Shown piece after piece: positions 16,318-22,641 of a stretch of DNA of 24,000 bases. The DNA is from an uncultured Methanosarcinaceae archaeon (GTDB taxonomy: Archaea; Halobacteriota; Methanosarcinia; Methanosarcinales; Methanosarcinaceae): contig OW818660.1 in the NCBI GenBank assembly GCA_942493015.1, positions 1,917,336 to 1,941,335 on the forward strand. Direction: 5' to 3'. Every line of letters starts with the position of its first letter. The stretch's first letter is position 1. Under the pieces are notes generated by a model that was not told the DNA's origin, did no database searches, and saw only the letters and a program-made list of their open reading frames with translations. Made by a program: the position numbers and the translations under genes.

Positions 16318-16425
16318 AATAAATCACCCAATTTATGTGGTGCGACTATTATAACAACAATTATAATACTTCCGTAAATAATATAAATGTTTCTACAGTA
16401 ATATAGATAACAATATATAAAAATT
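16318..16425 (-). promoter_or_regulatory. Conserved 5' UTR / promoter block of cassette 1
   Basis: This block is almost base-for-base identical to 18223-18330. It contains minus-strand TATA-like boxes (TTTTTATAT at about 16414-16424, TTTATATT at about 16376-16383) and the SD GGGTGAT. Confidence 0.35.
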
Positions 16426-16970
16426 TAAATTGATAAAAGAAGATTTAGAGAAGGTTTTGGAGATAAAAAAGTAAGTTGTTTCAATAGTAAGACAAGATGT
16501 ATGAAAGATACAAAGTCAATAAAACGTGTTTATAGCAGTAAATTCCCAAAATATAGAAAAAATACATAGCTCAAATTATTTAAGATTGATATAGAAAATG
16601 AAATATACTTACTAATAATATTGATTAATTAATATCTAAAAAAATTAAAGATAAAAGTAAAATTAAGACATAAAAAGGAGCTGTAGAAGTTACGAATATA
16701 ACCAAAAATACAACAATTACTTTTTAAAAATACTAATTATTTTATTGAATGTCCGAAAAATAGAAACGAAGGAGATATAATTATAGTTATGCTCACTCAG
16801 ATGTTTCACTATTAAAGACCAGTATTTCAATCACAGCTTATTCCGTTGAAGCTGAGTGTTCATTTTCAGGTTCAAGAGAAGATAAGCTCAAAATCATCCA
16901 TGAGAAGTACAAAAAAGGAATAAATGCCACCAAAAAAGAAGCTTCCACTCCAAAAAAACCCGAGTATTCT

Positions 16971-17002
16971 AAAAAAAGAATGACACCCGGAAGAGTGTCA
17001 TT
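16971..17002 (-). terminator. Conserved hairpin/oligo-T after cassette-2 archaellin pair
   Basis: aatgacac (16979-16986) / gtgtcatt (16995-17002) form a perfect 8-bp stem. On the minus strand it is followed by CUUUUUUU (plus-strand A7 at 16971-16977). Confidence 0.55.
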
Positions 17003-17023
17003 ACTGAACCAATTGGTGAATAC

Positions 17024-17602
17024 TCAGACAAGTACCATTACTGCACTAATTGATGGTGGTGCCCGCCTGTGAATAGTATAGGATGCTCCCTGAGGCGGCT
17101 TGACTTCAAGCTGGAACTGATCGTTAGCCCCTATAGTCGCACCGGCAGCAGCCAGATCAACTTTTACGTCGAATTTTTCAGATTTGTCTATGATATTATC
17201 AGCATCAGCGTTATACTTTTTTGTGATTGCGAATTCGTCGGCATCAGCAGCAGCACCGAGTTTCAATTCAGTTGGTGCTACATCCGGAGCTGAGAGAACT
17301 ATAAGAGTTTTACCCATATCTACAGATGAACCGCCTGAGGTTAATTGCAGGCATAAAGTAACAGCATCGATTACATCATTACCATTAGCGTCTTGAGCAA
17401 CTACATCTCCGCTCAGTTCAACACTGCTGCTTGCCTGAGTTACACCTGTGTGCACAACTTCCTGGCTCTTCTGGGTTGTATAGAAACCTGCTCCGAGCAT
17501 GACGTAACTGAAAACGGCGGCCACGACTACAAAGGCTACAAGTACTATTGCAGCTTCAAGACCTGTGAACCCTTTATCATTTTTTGTAAATTTGTTCCAC
17601 AT
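17024..17602 (-). CDS. arlB: Archaellin, type 2 (cassette 2)
   Basis: 192 aa. It has the same N-terminal 60 residues as the other type-2 copies (one or two leader changes) and the C-terminus QLEVKPPQGASYTIHRRAPPSISAVMVLV. The identical GGTGATATGGA spacer lies upstream. Confidence 0.85.
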   Translation of the reverse strand: MWNKFTKNDKGFTGLEAAIVLVAFVVVAAVFSYVMLGAGFYTTQKSQEVVHTGVTQASSSVELSGDVVAQDANGNDVIDAVTLCLQLTSGGSSVDMGKTLIVLSAPDVAPTELKLGAAADADEFAITKKYNADADNIIDKSEKFDVKVDLAAAGATIGANDQFQLEVKPPQGASYTIHRRAPPSISAVMVLV

Positions 17603-17613
17603 TCCATATCACC

Positions 17614-18222
17614 TCAGTAAACCGAATAGAAACTTCCGGCCTCGAGTACAGCAGGCATTGTTCGTTCAATAGTAAGGGTTGCACCCTCCGGCGGTTTTAG
17701 CTGAATCCTGATACCTTCGTTTATTCCAGGTTCAGTAGCACCAAGAGTGGCCAGATTAATTACTACCTTATATTTTTCACCTTTCTCAAGGAGGTTATCG
17801 TTATTTTCAACAATTACAGTACTATAAACCCATCCCTGATCTCCGTTACCCGGCCCTAAGTGAGCTGCAACACCATCACTGGAATACGCCTTCGTGATAA
17901 AATCCTCATTATCCGTGTAAGTAAGCACTGTCTTATCCAGGTCTACAGCTGTTCCACCAGCAGTGTTCGTTACATAAAATGTAACCAGATTTGCTTCGCC
18001 ATTTGTCGTTGATGAAACAATTATATCTCCAGAAGGTGCAAGGCTGCTGCTTGCCTGAGTTACCCCTGTGTGCACGACCTCCTGGCTTTTCTGGGTTGTA
18101 TAGAACCCCGCTCCCAACATGACGTAACTAAAAACGGCAGCTACGACCACGAAGGCTATCAGCACAATTGCGGCTTCAAGCCCCGTAAATCCCTTGTCAT
18201 TTTTCAGAAATCTATTATACAT
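17614..18222 (-). CDS. arlB: Archaellin, type 1 (cassette 2)
   Basis: 202 aa. The first 66 residues are identical to the cassette-1 type-1 copy. The C-terminus is RIQLKPPEGATLTIERTMPAVLEAGSFYSVY. Confidence 0.85.
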   Translation of the reverse strand: MYNRFLKNDKGFTGLEAAIVLIAFVVVAAVFSYVMLGAGFYTTQKSQEVVHTGVTQASSSLAPSGDIIVSSTTNGEANLVTFYVTNTAGGTAVDLDKTVLTYTDNEDFITKAYSSDGVAAHLGPGNGDQGWVYSTVIVENNDNLLEKGEKYKVVINLATLGATEPGINEGIRIQLKPPEGATLTIERTMPAVLEAGSFYSVY

Positions 18223-18330
18223 AATAAATCACCCAATTTATGTGGTGCGACCATTATAACAACAATTATAATACTTCCGGAAATAATATAAATGTTTCTA
18301 CAGTAATATAGATAACAACATATAAAAAAT
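18223..18330 (-). promoter_or_regulatory. Conserved 5' UTR / promoter block of cassette 2
   Basis: Near-identical copy of 16318-16425, with only a few substitutions by eye. Similarity drops sharply beyond about 18330. Confidence 0.35.
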
Positions 18331-18842
18331 TAAGATGAAAAAAGAGGATGAGTGGAACAGTTGAGACTGGGAAGCACAAGATATTGCGATACTTAGTCAA
18401 AATATCCAATGGAAAAAAGACATTAATAAAGTTGTATTTTAGAGAAAAACTATTTCAAATATGAAAAGGATGGAGTCGCAAAGTTTTGACACAGCACTGA
18501 AAAAATGAAATACTTAAAAATAAAATTAATTAAGTAATTGGCAATAAAATTAAATATGTTATGGAAAAAAAGTAGACAAAAATGAATCTTGGAAAGCTTT
18601 GTTTTAAACTAAATTACCGAATTTGTCTTTTAGAAAATACTAATTATGACATTTGCCAATTCACACAATAATACTGGCAGATTCAGTGAACTACTTCCAA
18701 AATTCCGTAAAAGAAGAAGACTAAAACATGACATGATCTGGTTTCAGCAAAATTTCACATTAAAAGAGTGATAAACAAATATTACGCAATTTTCCACATT
18801 TAAGGGAAAAAAATTTCATCCCCGCAGAAAGCTGGGGTATTC

Positions 18843-18881
18843 AAGAAAATAAAAGAAAATGACACTCCGAAGAGTGCCATT
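18843..18881 (-). terminator. Conserved hairpin/oligo-T after cassette-3 archaellin pair
   Basis: The minus-strand RNA reads AAUGGCACUC-UUCG-GAGUGUCAUU, a 10-bp stem with one G-U pair and a UUCG loop, followed by UUCUUUUAUUUUCUU. Confidence 0.6.
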
Positions 18882-18893
18882 ATTGCTTTAATT

Positions 18894-19478
18894 TCAGACG
18901 AGAGTCATTATTGCGCCAATCGATGGTGGTGCCTGCCTCTGAATTGTATAGGATGCTCCCTGAGGAGGTTTGATCTCAAGCTGGAACTGATCGTTAGGAG
19001 TTATTGATGCAGCTCCCCCGATAGCATTCAGATTAATTGTTATTTCGAATTTTTCAAACCTGTCTATAAGTTCATCATCGTTGTCGTTAAACTTATCTGC
19101 TATAGCAAAGTTGACTGCATTAGCAGTAGCACCAAGTTTAAGATCAACTGGGGATATATCCGAAGCTGAAACAACTATTAGAGTTTTATTCATATCTACG
19201 GCTGAGCCGCCGGAGGTCAATTGCAGGAATAAAGTTACAGAGTCAATTTCTGTAAGACCATCATCCCCTCTAGCCATTACATCTCCACTCAATTCAACAC
19301 TGCTGCTTGCCTGCTTTACACCTGTGTGCACAACTTCCTGGCTCTTCTGGGTTGTATAGAAGCCTGCTCCGAGCATGACGTAGCTGAAAACTGCAGCCAC
19401 GACTACAAAGGCCACCAGCACAATTGCTGCTTCAAGACCGGTAAACCCTTTCTCACTTTTTTGAAGCTTATTGAACAT
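18894..19478 (-). CDS. arlB: Archaellin, type 2 (cassette 3)
   Basis: 194 aa. The leader MFNKLQKSEKG is followed by the invariant N-terminus. The C-terminus is QLEIKPPQGASYTIQRQAPPSIGAIMTLV. The same 11-nt SD spacer lies upstream. Confidence 0.85.
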   Translation of the reverse strand: MFNKLQKSEKGFTGLEAAIVLVAFVVVAAVFSYVMLGAGFYTTQKSQEVVHTGVKQASSSVELSGDVMARGDDGLTEIDSVTLFLQLTSGGSAVDMNKTLIVVSASDISPVDLKLGATANAVNFAIADKFNDNDDELIDRFEKFEITINLNAIGGAASITPNDQFQLEIKPPQGASYTIQRQAPPSIGAIMTLV

Positions 19479-19489
19479 TCCATATCACC

Positions 19490-20083
19490 TCAGAATACTG
19501 AATAATATGTGTCTGCGGTTATTGCAGGAGGCATTGTTCTTTGAAGGATCAGAACGGCACCTTCTGGAGGTTTTACCTCAATCTTTATAGCTTCGTTTAA
19601 TCCAGGCAGTGAAGTGAGAGCAGGATTAATACTGGGCAATGTCAATGTAACCCTATACTTTTCACCCTTGTCAACCAGATTCAATGCGCTACCAGTTTCA
19701 GAGATTACTTCCAGATAAGCCCATCCATTTTCTCCAGCATTGTATTCCTTTGTTACAAAGTCATCTTTATCTGCATAGGAGATTACTGTTTTATTGAGAT
19801 CTACGGATGTTCCACCGGCAGTGTTGGTCACATAGAACACAAGCTCATCTACAGTGTTCCCAGCAGCTGCTCCTTTCACAATTAAATCCCCGGAAGGAGC
19901 AAGACTGCTGCTTGCCTGAGTTACTCCTGTGTGTACGACTTCCTGACTTTTTTGAGTAGTATAGAACCCCGCTCCCAACATAACGTAGCTGAAAACTGCA
20001 GCTACTACGACGAAGGCTATCAGCACAATTGCTGCTTCAAGTCCTGTAAATCCATTTTCATCTTTTTGAAATTTATCCCACAT
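19490..20083 (-). CDS. arlB: Archaellin, type 1 (cassette 3; first archaellin gene downstream of the che genes)
   Basis: 197 aa. The leader MWDKFQKDENG is followed by the invariant N-terminus and SSSLAPSGD. The C-terminus is KIEVKPPEGAVLILQRTMPPAITADTYYSVF. Confidence 0.85.
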   Translation of the reverse strand: MWDKFQKDENGFTGLEAAIVLIAFVVVAAVFSYVMLGAGFYTTQKSQEVVHTGVTQASSSLAPSGDLIVKGAAAGNTVDELVFYVTNTAGGTSVDLNKTVISYADKDDFVTKEYNAGENGWAYLEVISETGSALNLVDKGEKYRVTLTLPSINPALTSLPGLNEAIKIEVKPPEGAVLILQRTMPPAITADTYYSVF

Positions 20084-20200
20084 ACCAAATACTCCAAATT
20101 TGACATGACGTGACTAATATATTAACAACCATAATATCATCGAACTAGAATATAAAATATTTCAGTATAAATATTTGTAACAATAGATGAAAATTTAGAA
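20084..20200 (-). promoter_or_regulatory. Probable promoter / 5' UTR region of cassette 3
   Basis: AT-rich sequence with minus-strand TATA-like TTTTATATT about 65-75 nt upstream of the ATG and GGAG 9 nt upstream. It is diverged from the cassette 1 and 2 blocks. Confidence 0.25.
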
Positions 20201-20513
20201 GAGAGTCTTTAGATATATTAAGAAGTTTCCAGTTAAAAAAAGGAGATATTGCCATATATATTCACAATTCAATATATGCATCCAGTCAACAATACTTGAT
20301 TATATAAAAAAACACCCAGTTCAAATGAATAAAAAGGAGATTTCAAATTGTCCAAAAAAACACTGCAGTTTGGAGCTTACTTAGAAAGAATATTTATCAA
20401 TAATATGGTAAAAAATAAAAGACAGAAAAAAGCAAAAATAGATGGAAGTGCCACCATAATTTCCTGCAAAAATCGAAATTGGGCAGAGAGTGCAGTCCAC
20501 CAAAGATTTGAAT

Positions 20514-20548
20514 AAAAAAGAATGTAGAGGAATTCTACAAAACCTCTA
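20514..20548 (-). terminator. Hairpin plus T6 after cheR (end of the che transcription unit)
   Basis: tagagg (20525-20530) / cctcta (20543-20548) form a 6-bp stem with a 12-nt loop. On the minus strand it is followed by AUUCUUUUUU (plus-strand A6 at 20514-20519). Confidence 0.4.
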
Positions 20549-20564
20549 AACTACAAATGATTAC

Positions 20565-21380
20565 TTATAATGCTTTTTTGAAAACTTTATCTCTCACATT
20601 TACAGGAATGAAGCTATCTCTTATTTCTTCTGGTAAAGTTTCGGATTTGCCTATTATTAGATAACCGTCATCTGAGAGAGAGTTGTAAAAATCGTTCAAC
20701 ATTTTTACTTTTTGCTTGTCATTAAAGTAGATCATAACATTTCTGCAAAATACAACATCAAGATATTTTGAAACTGGAGGTTCGCTGGTTAAATCATGCC
20801 TCATAAATCTGATTGATAATTTGGGGATACTCTTTACTTTGAAATTTTCCCCAGAATGCTCAAAATACTTGTGTATAATGGAAGAATCTAAATTTTTTAG
20901 TTGCTCTTTGCTGTATATACCTTTTGAAGCGCGACTAAGGGAATCCTCGTCAATATCAGTTGCATAAATGGATATACTCCAGTCGGCAGGCAAAATCTCT
21001 TTTGAGCAAATACTAATTGAGTACGGCTCTTCCCCATTTGAACAGGCTGCACTCCAGAACCTTACCATGTTGCTTTTGGACTTCTTTTTTCTCTCCATTA
21101 TCTCCGGCAAGATTTCATTCCGGAAAAACATAAATGGAGTTTTATCCCGCATAAACTCCGTAACGTTTACTGTAATTGCATTTAGGAATTCCGTCAGTTC
21201 ATTCGGATTTTTGTCAAGGAGCTTCATATAAGTTGGATAATTATCTATACCCACCGCCTTCATTCTCAGGTCAATTCTTCTCCTCAGATAAGTGTCCCTG
21301 TACCCTGCAAGCGCAACTCCTGACGATATAGAAGCCTTTCGCACAAGAAACTGAAAACCATCATCAAGATTTACAACCAC
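20565..21380 (-). CDS. cheR: Chemotaxis protein methyltransferase CheR
   Basis: 271 aa with a GTG start at 21380 that overlaps the cheD 3' end by 10 nt and is preceded by GGGGGGAG. It carries the SAM-MTase signatures VRFWSAACSNGEEPYS and DVVFCRNVMIYF, and the N-terminal helical domain YLRRRIDLRM. Confidence 0.9.
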   Translation of the reverse strand: MVVNLDDGFQFLVRKASISSGVALAGYRDTYLRRRIDLRMKAVGIDNYPTYMKLLDKNPNELTEFLNAITVNVTEFMRDKTPFMFFRNEILPEIMERKKKSKSNMVRFWSAACSNGEEPYSISICSKEILPADWSISIYATDIDEDSLSRASKGIYSKEQLKNLDSSIIHKYFEHSGENFKVKSIPKLSIRFMRHDLTSEPPVSKYLDVVFCRNVMIYFNDKQKVKMLNDFYNSLSDDGYLIIGKSETLPEEIRDSFIPVNVRDKVFKKAL

Positions 21381-22033
21381 AATACTCCCCCCTTAGTATA
21401 TTTAACAATCATACTTCCATCAACAGGATTGAAGAGAACATTTCTGCCAACTTCCCCCCCCACATCTTTTGCCAGGATTGGAATTTTGTATTTAATCAGA
21501 GTTTCTTCAACAGATATTGCATTTCGAGTTCCAATTTTGAGGATGTCCAGGTTCATATGTTTGAAAACCTGAGCCCCGCCGGCAAATTTTGAGACAATTT
21601 TGCTTTTTCGCGCCCCCTGGAGAATCATATCTTCAAGCATTTTCCCAATAGCGGTTTCAGCATACTTGGTTTCACCATTTTGTGAAGCTCCCGGGAGCAG
21701 GACATGGGCCATTCCGCATATGCCAGTTGAAGTATCAAAAAGAACAACCCCCACACATGACCCAAGGCCCATGGCTTCCAGAAGAAATTTTTTTCTAATT
21801 TGATATTCCCCAATACCGGCTGACAATTCTCCATCCAGAGTTGCAATACTGGAATTTGCTTTTCCATCCATCAGGTAATTTTTTGCAGCATTGACCAAAT
21901 CACAGGATTGACAGTAATCCCTGGATGGACAGGTACTTGAAAGCGAACAATAAGATTTTACTAACACATCTCTCTTGGTTAGAAAAATCGCCTTGCCACT
22001 TTTGTTCGAGATGGACAAAATCTTGCTATTCAT
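21371..22033 (-). CDS. cheD: Chemoreceptor glutamine deamidase CheD with an N-terminal Cys-rich extension
   Basis: The CheD core is GIGEYQI...LGLGSCVGVVLFD...GMAHVLLPG...FAGGAQVF...IGTRN...DVGGEVGRNV. I chose the ATG at 22033, which forms an ATGA overlap with the cheC stop. The ORF track's 22072 start would overlap cheC by 43 nt. Confidence 0.8.
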   Translation of the reverse strand: MNSKILSISNKSGKAIFLTKRDVLVKSYCSLSSTCPSRDYCQSCDLVNAAKNYLMDGKANSSIATLDGELSAGIGEYQIRKKFLLEAMGLGSCVGVVLFDTSTGICGMAHVLLPGASQNGETKYAETAIGKMLEDMILQGARKSKIVSKFAGGAQVFKHMNLDILKIGTRNAISVEETLIKYKIPILAKDVGGEVGRNVLFNPVDGSMIVKYTKGGVLWL

Positions 22034-22641
22034 ATCTGTTCCATAATTTTCATTATATCTGTAAGCAGACATGGTTCCGGAAGCAACGCTAAAAAGATTT
22101 CTATATCTGAATCAGAGCTGAGTGAAGTCTCAAATAATATTACATGATTGCTTCTCTTAGCCATTTGTGAAACCACTGAATCTATAACTGCCGTAGGCAC
22201 ATCTACTGCAAAACTGGGGGGGGACGGGAGTAATATTATACCCATAAAATCAGCGCATGCATCACAAAAAGAGGAAGATAAGATATTTCCCACTTCCATA
22301 ATTGTGGATTCATACATCTCCTCGTCTATCTCCTCCAAACCAAACAAACTACCTGCTATTTTCCGTGAGGATTCTTCCGGAAACATAATATATAGATATC
22401 CGGATTTATTTTCCTCAAGATCCTGTAATGCGATGATTACACCTGCAACAAGATCGTTGGTAAATTCATTGAATAAGTTCCTTATTTCCCGGATCTTGAC
22501 CTCTGGAACGGTCATATGTACTTCTTTACCAAGAAGCTTGGAAAGAGAGGTTGCTGCATGCCCAGTTCCAATATTTCCAAGTTCTTTTAGAACATCCAGT
22601 TCCATTTCATTAAGAGTTCCTAAATCAGTCATCGATATCAT
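22030..22641 (-). CDS. cheC: CheY-P phosphatase CheC (CheC/CheX/FliY family)
   Basis: 203 aa with two CheC-type active-site repeats: ELDVLKELGNIGTGHAATSLS...VPEV and STIMEVGNILSSSFCDACADFMGIILLPSPP. The alternative ATG at 22632 would overlap the cheA stop by 8 nt instead of 17. Confidence 0.85.
   Translation of the reverse strand: MISMTDLGTLNEMELDVLKELGNIGTGHAATSLSKLLGKEVHMTVPEVKIREIRNLFNEFTNDLVAGVIIALQDLEENKSGYLYIMFPEESSRKIAGSLFGLEEIDEEMYESTIMEVGNILSSSFCDACADFMGIILLPSPPSFAVDVPTAVIDSVVSQMAKRSNHVILFETSLSSDSDIEIFLALLPEPCLLTDIMKIMEQI

Noticed and set aside
16165-16377. Plus-strand ORFs antisense to the archaellin 5' ends, conserved between cassettes (16165..16377, 18070..18291, 19931..20113, 17393..17620)
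   Set aside because: Their conservation is fully explained by the near-identity of the archaellin N-terminal coding sequence and 5' UTR. They have no SD, and the Cys/His-rich translations look like antisense artefacts.
20348-20515. Plus-strand 55-codon ORF (TTG start, AAGGAG 8 nt upstream) in the cheR-archaellin spacer, encoding a Lys-rich peptide
   Set aside because: In DNA this AT-rich, and over about 480 bp in six frames, one ORF of this size is roughly expected by chance (my rough estimate). It has a non-ATG start and no recognisable features. It is worth a look only if Ribo-seq data exist.
22034-22072. Upstream 13 codons (MSAYRYNENYGTD) of the listed cheD ORF
   Set aside because: This start would overlap cheC by 43 nt. 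The ATG at 22033 gives a classic ATGA stop/start overlap. This is not excluded, only less parsimonious.
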